NCBI GenBank assembly: GCA_024275415.1
Contig: JAJRZD010000114.1
Span: 33,543 to 65,542 of the forward strand
Source: an archaeon
GTDB taxonomy: Archaea; Asgardarchaeota; Thorarchaeia; Thorarchaeales; Thorarchaeaceae
DNA: 32,000 nucleotides
Direction of reading: 5' to 3'
Part shown: positions 1 to 10,150 of the stretch, one piece after another
Position numbering within the stretch: position 1 is the stretch's first letter
How the letters are laid out: each line of letters starts with the position of its first letter
Translations under genes and position numbers: made by a program
Notes under the pieces: generated by a model
Seen by the model: only the letters and a program-made list of their open reading frames with translations
Told to the model about the DNA's origin: nothing
Database searches by the model: none

Positions 1-2
1 TT

Positions 3-815
3 GTCATTGAGGTTCAAGACTTCATCATCCCTGACCGGGCTGATCGGTACCTTGAGGCGATAAGGGAATTTGTACTCCCCCTGAAGCTGTCGTTACATCA
101 TACAATCCTATTGGAAGAGAGCGAGCGTGCGCGCAGACGTGCAGATCTCCTTCTCGACCTCCTTTTTCATGACATTAGGAATTCACTCAACAACATGCAG
201 GTTTCCCTTGAGCTGTTGGAAATGCGATGGGACGACAAACAGCGGTCTCGGGAGAACCTTCTACAAGCAATGGACTGCTCCAGAACCGCAAATAGGTTGC
301 TAGACCGAGTGAAACGAATTCTCACCATGATGCCAAAGGATGATTTATCGTCGTATGACCTCTGCACTGTATTCGAAACCTGTGTCGCAACAGTACGAGC
401 GAATCACAGGGACATCACGACTGACATAGCATTCCCACGCCCTTCTACATGCCAGATAAAGGTGCTTGGAAACGATTTGATATACGACCTCTTTGAGAAT
501 TTGCTTTCTAATGCCGTGAAGGCGATGAAAGGAAAGGTAGGAAAAATCACTATAGAGGCAGATGTATGGGACATCAATCCAGCGTTTGCACATATCAAAA
601 TAATCGATCAGGGCTCAGGAATGCCTGAGAAAATAAGGCCTCAAGTGGCTGGCCGGTTCCTTACGGAGAGCACAAGTGGCATAGGACTGGGGTTAAGCAT
701 CGTGATGCGAATTCTCGAGGAAATAGATGGGTACCTTTGGTATGAGAACAGGGTTCCCGATGACATATCAAAAGGCACCATAGCAAATGTCGCGTTGCGA
801 ATTGACCGCAAATGA
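3..815 (+). CDS. Sensor histidine kinase (HisKA + HATPase_c), 5'-truncated by window edge
   Basis: H-box FHDIRNSLN, N-box FENLLSNAVKA, G1 IDQGSGM, G2 GIGLGLSIV. The frame is open from base 3 (VIEVQDF...), so the start lies upstream of the window. Confidence 0.93.
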   Translation, partial: VIEVQDFIIPDRADRYLEAIREFVLPLKLSLHHTILLEESERARRRADLLLDLLFHDIRNSLNNMQVSLELLEMRWDDKQRSRENLLQAMDCSRTANRLLDRVKRILTMMPKDDLSSYDLCTVFETCVATVRANHRDITTDIAFPRPSTCQIKVLGNDLIYDLFENLLSNAVKAMKGKVGKITIEADVWDINPAFAHIKIIDQGSGMPEKIRPQVAGRFLTESTSGIGLGLSIVMRILEEIDGYLWYENRVPDDISKGTIANVALRIDRK

Positions 816-1151
816 GCCAAATGCTAGTTATCGGTCGCTAAATAGGAACTCGGATACAATTGAGTGTGAGGGGTTCAAACAGCTGCGCTACACGTACCCA
901 AACTCGGGCATCTCTTAGATGGCATTCAAAGTAATTTACAGGGCTTTATAGACTCGATCACTCTCATAGGAGTATGAGGGTGATATGACACACAAACGGC
1001 CTTTGTAGAGTCCACCCCGTGCCGTTCGTGGGAGTACGTCACTCTAGTGTCCAGGATTGTGCAACTAAAATGAACGGTTTCAAATCGCAAGTATCTTATA
1101 CAACCTGATACAGGACTGAGCCTGACCCCATAGTGTGTAGAGGTAAAGATC

Positions 1152-1919
1152 ATGAGTGAAAATGACAGCCTTGACCTCACCTATGCTGAGGGTCATTCGG
1201 ACACAATTCTATTTGCCATAGGAGCTATACTGGCGGCGCTCTATGGCGTGGGCTCTTTAATTCCAATCAGCGTCTTTCTTGGTGCCACAGCAACCATAAG
1301 CCTGACCTTGCTGATCGCCCCGCTTTTCGGAATCCTGTTAGGTCCATGGAAAGGTTCATTCTTCGGGCTTGTTGGTGGACTGACAGCGTTTGTTATTGGC
1401 GGATCTGGCGGGTTGTACCAGCTCATCCCCTTTCTCTTCCTATCGCCAGCTATCTCCGGACTTTTGACAGGACTTGTAGCACATCCGAAACAAGGAGATA
1501 TCAGGTTCCCAGGAGGACTATTCACGGCAGCATATCTTTCAATCATCATCGTCCTTTATGAGGTCGTGAACTATGAGGGGTGGTGGTTCATGCTCTACTA
1601 TATGGTCGCCGTGGTCGTTGCGCTGGTCGTTCAAATCACTGGTATTGAGTTGCGATTTGAAGAGGTACGAGATAACCGGATTACCAAGCTTGTCCTGTTT
1701 GCGATAATTGGGACGATGACTGACTTTTCCCTGATGACGATGGGTGCAGTGTATATCATGGGACTTGAGCCACTCCTGTTCGGGTTCGTGATATTCCCAG
1801 CCATGCTGATAGAACGCACTGCTGCTATCATTATCAGTGTGATTATCACAACGGCAGTGATCAAGGCATTCCCAGAAGTTTGGGGATCTAACCAAGTGCC
1901 TTCAAAATCAGCCTCATAG
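1152..1919 (+). CDS. ECF transporter S component-like membrane protein
   Basis: Multi-TM protein with the S-component-type segment IAPLFGILLGPWKGSFFGLVGG. Substrate cannot be assigned. Confidence 0.7.
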   Translation: MSENDSLDLTYAEGHSDTILFAIGAILAALYGVGSLIPISVFLGATATISLTLLIAPLFGILLGPWKGSFFGLVGGLTAFVIGGSGGLYQLIPFLFLSPAISGLLTGLVAHPKQGDIRFPGGLFTAAYLSIIIVLYEVVNYEGWWFMLYYMVAVVVALVVQITGIELRFEEVRDNRITKLVLFAIIGTMTDFSLMTMGAVYIMGLEPLLFGFVIFPAMLIERTAAIIISVIITTAVIKAFPEVWGSNQVPSKSAS

Positions 1920-2496
1920 CATCTACTTGCATATCAAGTGGCATGGTTGCCATGGAAAGATTATCTTTTTCCAGGGCCTGTTCGGGCAGGGGCGGCAGGT
2001 GGATGAATGTCGCCTTTGCCTTGACAGAGCCCGATGCTATCCAGTTGAGAACATTGAACAAGATCCAGTTGCACCCATACGTGCCAGCATGATAGCTCAC
2101 AGCTGCCGGAATTCCCATTGTCTTGATCTGGTCAACTAGCCCATGCACATCGATGGTGGAGAAATAGGCTGCTGGAGCATCAGGTTTGATGATATACTCT
2201 GATGGGGCAAAGTCATAGTTGTCTTTCCGACTGGTATTGACAACATTCAGCCCTACAAACTCGAGTGTTAACGCAGCCCGATTGGCTTGTCCGCAACACA
2301 AGACGTACTTGGGATTGTGCTTGACAATGAAGTCCTTAAGCATACTGTCTGCTTTCTTATAATCCAGTGGAAGGACAATCCCATAGACCCTCTTATTGAA
2401 AACGTCAGTCCCGTCTAGGATCTTTACAATCTCTGCAGAGGGATTGATTGAATATCCGTCAAAGGGCTCGAAGCCTGAAATAGCGACCTTCTCCAC
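1888..2496 (-). CDS. pcp: Pyroglutamyl-peptidase I (peptidase C15)
   Basis: N-terminal SGFEPF...NPS, catalytic Glu (LEFVGLN), Cys (HAGTYGCN) and His (FIHLP). Confidence 0.95.
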   Translation of the reverse strand: MEKVAISGFEPFDGYSINPSAEIVKILDGTDVFNKRVYGIVLPLDYKKADSMLKDFIVKHNPKYVLCCGQANRAALTLEFVGLNVVNTSRKDNYDFAPSEYIIKPDAPAAYFSTIDVHGLVDQIKTMGIPAAVSYHAGTYGCNWILFNVLNWIASGSVKAKATFIHLPPLPEQALEKDNLSMATMPLDMQVDAMRLILKALG

Positions 2497-2548
2497 CAGC
2501 CACCACCCACCTTACGTTTCTTACCACCTCATCAGATTCATCTTCTAA

Positions 2549-3211
2549 TCAAGTTATTGCAAGAAAGATGAAGTAGACACCAAGGACAACTTGAAAGATT
2601 CCAATCCCTACGTTGACCCAGTTGATCCCTTTGAATCCAGCTCGCTTCGCAGCCATCTCTGTCCCAGTGGTCAGGAAGGCTCCGAACAGGAAATCTGTTG
2701 AGATATGAGTAATATAGATCAGCACCCCTGCGATGAACACCGTGCCGACACCGACCTGTAGCTCGCCCACTAGCATGGTGACGTTGCTTAACCCGACTGC
2801 GGCCCACCAGAGCAAGAAATATGGCGAAAAGATGCTTACGGCAGCACCCTGAGCGGTTGCTTCTACGATACTTGACAGGTTCTCAGTCGTGTTTCTAGAT
2901 TCACGCTCAGCATCACTCGTCTTGTATTGGTAGTCCCTCAATGCGAGAGCACCAAACAGAACAATGACAATCCCCCCTAGACCAATCATAAGGCTCACAG
3001 CGACGGGGTCAAATGCAAAAAGCTGGGCACTGATGATGATAGCAGCAACTATTCCCAGCTCGACAATCGCATGTCCTACCATAGGAAGGATACCATGTAA
3101 GCGTCCGTGCCTATTCGACTGCATGATGACCGCTGCGGAGAGCGGGCCTGGTGCTAACGCCCCAGTAAGGGAAAGTCCGAACCATATCAAAAGGATTTCA
3201 ATGATGCTCAT
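2549..3211 (-). CDS. LysE family translocator
   Basis: GALAPGPLSAAVI and GHAIVE motifs, SPYFLLWW, about 6 TM helices. Confidence 0.88.
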   Translation of the reverse strand: MSIIEILLIWFGLSLTGALAPGPLSAAVIMQSNRHGRLHGILPMVGHAIVELGIVAAIIISAQLFAFDPVAVSLMIGLGGIVIVLFGALALRDYQYKTSDAERESRNTTENLSSIVEATAQGAAVSIFSPYFLLWWAAVGLSNVTMLVGELQVGVGTVFIAGVLIYITHISTDFLFGAFLTTGTEMAAKRAGFKGINWVNVGIGIFQVVLGVYFIFLAIT

Positions 3212-3378
3212 CTATGCCACACCCGATAGGAAATACCATGCAAAAAAAAGATGATGTTATAATCAATCAACGCTACTGGCACTGCCATTGTATTACAACC
3301 AAGGGTATTTGGGCTGTTTAGAATACATTTAATAGCCTTACAACGTCGAACAATGTAATTCCATGGGGCTGTAAATCA

Positions 3379-4497
3379 TTGAAACAAGTTCAAGTTGCTG
3401 TTCCCTATGATAAAGCTGAGGCAGTGTATGACTTTCTTCTAGATGTACTGAATGTAAAGAATCTGACGAGGTTCATCACTGACACAGCTCATATCTATCA
3501 GTTCAGGATTACAGATGATGCCATAACCGATACTGTGGAAGGACTAAAGAGCCGTGGTGTAGGTGTGGACTATGGATTCATCGACATTTGGGATCTCAAG
3601 GCGGCATTGCCAAGAGGAATCTCTGAAGAATCACAGGAAACGAAGATCCAACGTGAGGCGACTCTGGCTGTTGAAGAGATCTATGATAGCGTGAAAAAGC
3701 AGGCATCGTTGAGCTTCGACTTTATGGCGTTCGTTGTCTTTGCTGCTGTAATGGCTGGATTCGGACTCATCCAGAACAACGTCACGATTATCGTTGCATC
3801 CATGCTTCTCTCTCCATTGATGGGTCCAATGCTTGGTGTGGCATTAGGCTATGTTGTGGGAGACAAGAAACTCTTCATCAAGGGAACCATGAATGAACTC
3901 ATGGCGTTGGGGCTCAGCTTTGGGATGGGTATCATAATGGCACTCATTGTCCCGATCCTTTACCCTGAAGGCTCGTTCATCGATGTTGTAGAGAGCCAGT
4001 GGGACACCTCGCAGTGGGCTCCAATAGTTCTCACAGAGATTACGCGTAGAGGGACGTTGTTCACGCCTTTAGACATTGGAGTGGCAGTATTTTCAGGAGC
4101 TGCCGTGGCTGTATCAGTCACCAAGGGCGATATGTCCTCACTTGTAGGCGTTGCAATCTCTGCCGCATTGATGCCTCCTGCAGTAAACGTGGGAATGATG
4201 ATCACGCTCGGGTTAATCTATAACTCAGCTGCTGGTATCCAAATTGGTCTGGGATCTTTGGCTTTGCTGTCCATGAACATTATCCTCATCGACGTGGCTG
4301 CAATAATCATGTTCCGAATAAAGAAGCTAGGTGTAATTGCAGACAAGTCGGCACAGTGGCGTGCAGTGACCCGTTTCAGACAAAGTTCATCATCCTTATA
4401 TCATCGTAACCCCTCATCATTCGTTAGCACGAAGAAAAAGGATTCAGAGAAGCCTACTCCGAAAGCGTCTGAAAAAGGCACGGATTCCTCGTCATGA
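3379..4497 (+). CDS. TIGR00341 / DUF389 family membrane protein
   Basis: IIVASMLLSPLMGP and LVGVAISAALMPPAVN signatures. TTG start. Confidence 0.92.
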   Translation: MKQVQVAVPYDKAEAVYDFLLDVLNVKNLTRFITDTAHIYQFRITDDAITDTVEGLKSRGVGVDYGFIDIWDLKAALPRGISEESQETKIQREATLAVEEIYDSVKKQASLSFDFMAFVVFAAVMAGFGLIQNNVTIIVASMLLSPLMGPMLGVALGYVVGDKKLFIKGTMNELMALGLSFGMGIIMALIVPILYPEGSFIDVVESQWDTSQWAPIVLTEITRRGTLFTPLDIGVAVFSGAAVAVSVTKGDMSSLVGVAISAALMPPAVNVGMMITLGLIYNSAAGIQIGLGSLALLSMNIILIDVAAIIMFRIKKLGVIADKSAQWRAVTRFRQSSSSLYHRNPSSFVSTKKKDSEKPTPKASEKGTDSSS

Positions 4498-4594
4498 GAA
4501 AAAAGCGGATGCCACGATACCTATAGTATTACCACTGTGATACATCAACCTATAGTGGAAACGAGGGTTACCACCTTTAGAATGTTGAACAGAA

Positions 4595-4864
4595 GTGATT
4601 TCAATGGCAGGTAAGACCAAGCTCTTCAAGGGGCTCACAGAACATGATATCCTAACATGGGAAGAGGAGAAGATGCGATTCCAGAGAAGAGTAGGTCAGA
4701 AGGTCACCGATCTGCAATTCTTACGGCACCTGCTCATGGTCGCCTCACGACCTGTGATATCTGGAAAGGACGGGGTTTCGAAAGGATTCCTCTCTGGGAA
4801 CGGACCGATATACGACAAAGCTGATACGTTATTGGAGAAATATCGTTCAAGAACTCCACCCTGA
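4595..4864 (+). CDS. Small hypothetical protein (possible ribbon-helix-helix-like)
   Basis: 89-aa ORF with protein-like composition, likely start ATG at 4604 (MAGKTKLF). The strand-helix-helix pattern is my inference. Confidence 0.55.
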   Translation: MISMAGKTKLFKGLTEHDILTWEEEKMRFQRRVGQKVTDLQFLRHLLMVASRPVISGKDGVSKGFLSGNGPIYDKADTLLEKYRSRTPP

Positions 4865-5167
4865 GAGGGAAGTCATATCTGATCAGGGATATGCACAACT
4901 CTCAAAGCTTATATACCATTTATTCACTAGAATCTAGTGACCAACTATTCACTAGAGGAACACCAACTATGTACATGAGCAGTGAGATACATTTTGAAGA
5001 TGAAGAATCTACAAAGCGATCCAACATTGGTGATAACCAACAAGGATTCTGGTTCGATGCTGGTCTTTATCGGGAATGGCTTGTATTTCTCCATGAGATA
5101 TGGCAATCAGTCGAGTATCTTTAAGAGAAAAGAACAAGGCACAATGACTCGATAAGATCAATGTAAG

Positions 5168-5860
5168 GTGATGATGATGAAGGGCTCATCGAGAGATTCC
5201 GATTATTTGGACACGATTTTCAAGGCACTCGGACATATCACTCGAAGAAGAATACTCAGACTATTAGCCCAGAGACCTCATTATCCTTATGAGCTAAGCA
5301 AGACTCTTGGATTCACTTCAAGAGTCATTATCAAGCATCTGGAAGTACTTGAGAACGCGGGAATCGTTGAAACCGAAGCAGGTGAACGGAGCCTAGGACC
5401 TGAGAGGACGTACTACAAGCTCCGTGCAGGGTTCGGTCTTTCCACCACCATCCTCCCCAATTCCTTTGCGGTTCATCTACGTCCCAATACAAGGATAACT
5501 ACCATCCGAGCAAGAATATCGCTTCCTCCTGTCCGCAACGATGTCCGTGCGGTCAAGATATTGCTGAATGAACTCAGGAAGATTGACCGACAAATTACCG
5601 CTCTTGAGGAAAAACGCCTTCAGCTGATGAACCATCGGGGACTGATCATCCAGAAGATTGAGAACATCATGGAGAACTGTTCATGGGATGAAGAGAGCTG
5701 TAGATTGATACGGAGTCATATCAATCCTGTAGATACAGGGAATGATGTCAGCGATGAGAAGCCGATCGAGAAAGTGTTGGACATTTTTGAAAAACGGTTC
5801 TCAGGGAAAGCCAGTAAAAAGAAGGACGATAAACAAGAAGTCCGGATTGAGTTCGATTAG
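5168..5860 (+). CDS. ArsR-family winged-HTH transcriptional regulator with coiled-coil C-terminus
   Basis: IFKALGHITRRRILRLL...YELSK...IIKHLEVLENAGIV...RTYYKL. Confidence 0.88.
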   Translation: MMMMKGSSRDSDYLDTIFKALGHITRRRILRLLAQRPHYPYELSKTLGFTSRVIIKHLEVLENAGIVETEAGERSLGPERTYYKLRAGFGLSTTILPNSFAVHLRPNTRITTIRARISLPPVRNDVRAVKILLNELRKIDRQITALEEKRLQLMNHRGLIIQKIENIMENCSWDEESCRLIRSHINPVDTGNDVSDEKPIEKVLDIFEKRFSGKASKKKDDKQEVRIEFD

Positions 5861-5861
5861 T

Positions 5862-6542
5862 CTACCAGTTGAGTTTGATTCTCCATTGGCTCCGATCCGT
5901 GCCTTGCATACTTGGGACGTATTCGATGGGGTTGTATGGCATATCAATTCCAGTGGATTTCTTTATCATTAGGTAGTGTTTTCCCCGTGCAGTGGTCAAA
6001 GTGATGATTCCTTGTGCCAGGGAGAACAGCTGATTCATTGTGACAGAATCAGCAGTGTCAGAATGGATGAGATAGAACTCTATTGAACCCGTCTTGATGC
6101 TTTCCTCCACGCTTTCCTTGAAGAACTGCACAACATCCCGTGGAGTGAAATCGATGAGGAGAGGCGTCAGAGCCTCAAATGTGACAACATTGGGAGAGAG
6201 CATGTTCCTTAGGCTTCGCATCATGATATTGATCTCGTGGAGATGAGGCGAACAAGTATGGTTGCCAAGTGTTTTTTGTCCGTAATTGACTTCAAGGATA
6301 TGGAACGAATCGCTCTGCAGTCTGGTCATGTGTTCCATGAGCTGTCGGTTTCTTGCCTCAGTCACGACATTCAAGGTCTTCATCCCGTTCTCCAATGCGC
6401 TGTGGATTAGGGTAGACATGAACAGGTCATAATGGCTTTCTTGTGACGCCATAACTAGATAGACATAGCCATTAGGAGGTTTGACCAGTAGACGGTCAAC
6501 TATGGAAGGGGCCATCTCATTATTCAGGGATACTCCCGTCAT
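5862..6542 (-). CDS. Inactive RAD55/KaiC-like RecA-fold protein
   Basis: KaiC-like layout (VVTFEALTPLL, LFSLAQGIITL, LMIKKSTG) but the P-loop is replaced by ASQESHYD. SD-like GAGGT upstream of the ATG. Confidence 0.65.
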   Translation of the reverse strand: MTGVSLNNEMAPSIVDRLLVKPPNGYVYLVMASQESHYDLFMSTLIHSALENGMKTLNVVTEARNRQLMEHMTRLQSDSFHILEVNYGQKTLGNHTCSPHLHEINIMMRSLRNMLSPNVVTFEALTPLLIDFTPRDVVQFFKESVEESIKTGSIEFYLIHSDTADSVTMNQLFSLAQGIITLTTARGKHYLMIKKSTGIDMPYNPIEYVPSMQGTDRSQWRIKLNW

Positions 6543-6556
6543 CTAGTGATTACCTC

Positions 6557-6928
6557 TTACTCCTCAAGTCCAAGATGTTTTCTTATAGTCGCAACCAATG
6601 CCTTTCCTGAAAAAGGCTTAACAATATATTCGTCTGCACCGGCTTCCTTTCCTTCCTTGATGTCCTTTGTAAGCCCTTTCGCTGTGAACATGATGATGGG
6701 GATTGTCTTGAACTCATCCCTAGCCTTCAGACGCCGGCATACTTCAAACCCATCGATCTTTGGCAGCATCACATCCAGCAATATCAAGTCCGGCTTATTT
6801 TCAATGGCAATGTCAAACGCTGCTTCACCGTCATATGCACAGATGACTTGAAACCCATGCTTCTCCAGGAACCTCTTTGCCAGTTCGGTCGTTATTTCCT
6901 CGTCATCAACGACTAGTATCTTTTTCAC
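6557..6928 (-). CDS. Stand-alone response regulator receiver (CheY-like)
   Basis: VVDDE, LLDVMLP, MFTAK, VKPF all canonical. Start placed at GTG 6928 (MKKILVVDD) behind GTGAGG; the ORF track extends to 6946. Confidence 0.95.
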   Translation of the reverse strand: MKKILVVDDEEITTELAKRFLEKHGFQVICAYDGEAAFDIAIENKPDLILLDVMLPKIDGFEVCRRLKARDEFKTIPIIMFTAKGLTKDIKEGKEAGADEYIVKPFSGKALVATIRKHLGLEE

Positions 6929-6938
6929 ATCAGTTTCC

Positions 6939-8324
6939 TCACACAATTGGCATCAATTCGTAGTCCAAGAACCCTCCTGAGAGCAGTTGCCGGATAGCAA
7001 GATAGTTCGTTCTAGGCGAAACCCCACAGATGCTTAACACTCCACATATCTCCTGTACTCGCAAGTGAATGTTATGCGAGATTGACTCACTGCGAATCCC
7101 CTGCTCCCGACTGAGGATTGCGATGGTCGTACGGTTGGTCGATGAAAGCGCAGTAGACATCTCAGCCAGCAGCCCTCTGACAACATTAGCTCCGTACATG
7201 TTCTCAAGCGTGTCCAGTGCAAAGAGCTCCGTGACTTCCTGATTGAACTTCCGTTCGAGCACATCTACCTCATACCTGATCTCTTGCAATGTCTTTAACG
7301 GATCCAAGTCCAGGTTCCTCGAGTTCGGATATGTCCCAATAGATTGCCTTCCGAAGAAGACCACTCGTTCGTCCACATGGCTCCTATCGATGAACTGTGT
7401 CAGGCTCTTGCTGAACGTTTCAGGAGACCAGCCTTCGGGAAGTAGAATCACTGCTGAGCGCCCCTGCTGTAAATGGTTCGATAGAAATGGGATATAAATG
7501 GTTTCCAGATAGGGAACTGATAAGTCATCCACCTCGATTAGCGTGACCTTGCCCTTTGGGAACCCACCAGACAAGAGTTTGTCCAAGCTTTCATTCCCGG
7601 TGGAGATGTACGCACTGGAGGGGTCTGGTATTGGTTCTCGCTCAACAGTGATTGCGGGGTATTCATGCTGGTACCATGGTAGGTATGTGAAACGCCCTTC
7701 GTGCAACGTGAACAGGTACGAGTCCTGATTGACAGGGTGCGCGCGCATCTTGTCGATGATTGCCTGTCGATACATCCGCTGCCCATCACGGATCTTTTCT
7801 AGCTGGATGATCCCATCCGCAGAGTGTAATAATGAGAGTTCGTGCTCACCTTTCATTCCCTTTTCAACAATCAGAATCAGCTTCTTCATTTCTCGCCGTG
7901 CAGCATGGATCAGGGCTTGCTGAATGGAATACATCTTAGATGGCTCTAGCATATGCATGAAATCAGACCATGAGTCAATGATGACGATCTCAGACTGGGG
8001 AATATCCTGTGATGAGTTCACCAATACACTGAGAGCTTCATGCAGGGAATCGATATCAGTTGGAATCTGTTCCATCCGTTGTCCATAATGCATCCGAAAA
8101 CGCCGTTCACTCCAGTTAGGAACATCCTTTGATAGGCAAAAGTCCACGGCACTGATGTTCTCCGCACTCGTGATTATGATCTGCGAGTCAGGATAGTTTC
8201 TTATGAGCTCATGTGCAAACAAGGACTTTCCCGTGCCCGGTAGACCACGTACAACTAGGACATAGCCGTGTTCTTCTGATAGTACCTCTTTGATGCTAGG
8301 AGGCAATCCACCAGTTGTACTCAT
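6939..8324 (-). CDS. GvpD-like double RecA/KaiC-fold ATPase
   Basis: Domain 1 has Walker A GLPGTGKS and Walker B VIIDSW. Domain 2 begins ISTGNESLDKLLSGGFPKG but has no P-loop. Confidence 0.8.
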   Translation of the reverse strand: MSTTGGLPPSIKEVLSEEHGYVLVVRGLPGTGKSLFAHELIRNYPDSQIIITSAENISAVDFCLSKDVPNWSERRFRMHYGQRMEQIPTDIDSLHEALSVLVNSSQDIPQSEIVIIDSWSDFMHMLEPSKMYSIQQALIHAARREMKKLILIVEKGMKGEHELSLLHSADGIIQLEKIRDGQRMYRQAIIDKMRAHPVNQDSYLFTLHEGRFTYLPWYQHEYPAITVEREPIPDPSSAYISTGNESLDKLLSGGFPKGKVTLIEVDDLSVPYLETIYIPFLSNHLQQGRSAVILLPEGWSPETFSKSLTQFIDRSHVDERVVFFGRQSIGTYPNSRNLDLDPLKTLQEIRYEVDVLERKFNQEVTELFALDTLENMYGANVVRGLLAEMSTALSSTNRTTIAILSREQGIRSESISHNIHLRVQEICGVLSICGVSPRTNYLAIRQLLSGGFLDYELMPIV

Positions 8325-8416
8325 GCAATGATCCCCTGTCAGAATCCCTTTTTTCTTTACGACTTATATACATAAGTGGGGTCTTGATTCTGTGTAATCG
8401 TATCGAATGAGCAGCT

Positions 8417-10018
8417 CTATTTAGAGATTCTTTGTAGAAACTCAATAAAATACGGGCACAATGAGCCTTTCCAGAATAGATTGCCCATACATCCCGTACG
8501 TGAAATATCTCTTACAACACGACATTCGAAATTCCTTTCACAGTTAAAGAATATGCACTGATCACTCGTAACGGACTCGTCTTGAAGTATCCTTGCTCGT
8601 AGAGATTGCATCGGTTTGCTATCTGAACTGTTGACCCACAAGTCTGGGCTACCAAGCTGCTCACGCACCAACTCTATCTCGCTATCTTCGACTGGTTCTG
8701 CAATTGCCAGCTTAGTAACAATCAAGCTGACACGAGTATTGAAGGCATCAATGTAGTCGTTTGCATCCTCGGCATACTTCAACGCTTCAGCGTGATTTAG
8801 GAGAGATTCCTCGTATCTCTCTTGCATGAAATAGGTGTCTGCAATTTGGGATGTCACAATGGCCCTGGCATCTTTCATCCCAGAACAGGTAAGTATTCTT
8901 TTGCATTCATGGTAGTACTGCAAGGCCTTTTCAAAATCCCCTCGTTGGAATGCCACATCGCCTAAATTGACCGTTGCAAAGGCGATTCCACGCATGTACT
9001 CGGCTTCTTGGCTGATCTCCAGCGCTCGACGATTGTAGGATTCCATCTGATCGAACTGACCGAGACCTCTGTCAATCTCACCTACATTAATCAACGTCCG
9101 AGCGAGACCTATCTCATTGTTGAGTTGCTGTTGTATCAGGAGGATGTCCTCAAAATGGTCGCGCGCCTCTTGATGGAACCCACATTCCAACAGGAGTACT
9201 CCGAGAAGATTCTTGGCATCTGCAAGTCCTTCAAGATATCCCATTCGCTCATAGCGTCGAATTGCTTCCCGAGCTATATCCATCGCCCGCTCGTATTCTT
9301 TTGACTTGTGAAGTACCATCGCCCGGAGATAGAAGACATCAGTCTGGGCAAGTCTATGGTCTAGCACTCTTGCAGTTTCCTCTGCGGAGTCAAGTCGTAC
9401 CAATGCTTCTTCATGGGCTCTCCGTTGGATGTCGACATATGCCATCTGGATCCTAGCCCGCAGAAGAGCTGCCTGCACCTTGGAACGAATTTCAACGGTC
9501 TTTGCAGTTTCTTTTGTAACTTTCTCTATCCCTTCGGATGCCGTTTCCTTTGCCTTGTCTGTGTATCCGAGATAGGCGAGGATATATGCAAGCTGACCAG
9601 AGAGCTCCGCAAATCCGATATAATCCTTTGACTGCCATGCCTGATTTACGTATGTCCTGAGGTTGTTCACCCAACGTGGGTCTAGGCGTTGCCTGCAATA
9701 CGCAGCTGCTGCATAACCCCTGCACATGATATTATCAGTACCCTTTGCAAGAACCTGATTGTATCCATACATCCCCCTCAAATATGCCGCTTTCGCACAC
9801 ATCGATAGGAACCCTTCACTCAGGTTATACCATTCTCCAGCACCTATATACTCCAGAAGGACATCAGTGAAAATCATGAATCTGTCCTTTCCAATCCTGT
9901 TGCTCACTGAAAGATGCCGGACTATCTCATCTTGTTCAGATTCTGTAATCCGGTCCTCATACATCGCGAACTCCGGGATTATGGGATTGTCCGTCAATTT
10001 TCCTCTACTCTCAAGCAT
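8417..10018 (-). CDS. Tetratricopeptide-repeat protein with Cys-rich C-terminus
   Basis: About 40-aa helical repeats (LADAKNLLGVLL, LARTLINVGEI, IAFATVNLGDV, RAIVTSQIADT). Start uncertain (ATG 10018 or 9964); the 10279 extension overlaps the divergent gene. Confidence 0.85.
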   Translation of the reverse strand: MLESRGKLTDNPIIPEFAMYEDRITESEQDEIVRHLSVSNRIGKDRFMIFTDVLLEYIGAGEWYNLSEGFLSMCAKAAYLRGMYGYNQVLAKGTDNIMCRGYAAAAYCRQRLDPRWVNNLRTYVNQAWQSKDYIGFAELSGQLAYILAYLGYTDKAKETASEGIEKVTKETAKTVEIRSKVQAALLRARIQMAYVDIQRRAHEEALVRLDSAEETARVLDHRLAQTDVFYLRAMVLHKSKEYERAMDIAREAIRRYERMGYLEGLADAKNLLGVLLLECGFHQEARDHFEDILLIQQQLNNEIGLARTLINVGEIDRGLGQFDQMESYNRRALEISQEAEYMRGIAFATVNLGDVAFQRGDFEKALQYYHECKRILTCSGMKDARAIVTSQIADTYFMQERYEESLLNHAEALKYAEDANDYIDAFNTRVSLIVTKLAIAEPVEDSEIELVREQLGSPDLWVNSSDSKPMQSLRARILQDESVTSDQCIFFNCERNFECRVVRDISRTGCMGNLFWKGSLCPYFIEFLQRISK

Positions 10019-10150
10019 TTCTGGAAAGAACCCAGATTCAAACCCGTACACAGGAATCAAAAGCGTTCTAGTGATTCCTTTCGCATGAACATAGGCAAGC
10101 AAATAAGTAATATATTTGAAGCTATGATGAATTAGGACTGAGAGGATGCA

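Noticed and set aside
1888-1919. Very tight or overlapping convergent gene ends (also 5860/5862 and 10906/10908)
   Set aside because: Common in compact archaeal genomes; no specific evidence of antisense control.
4891-5124. 77-aa ORF
   Set aside because: It overlaps the palindrome/repeat element and has no recognisable features; probably non-coding.
6939-8324. Gas vesicle locus, suggested by GvpD similarity
   Set aside because: No gvpA or other structural gvp genes in the window; GvpD-like ATPases occur widely without vesicles.
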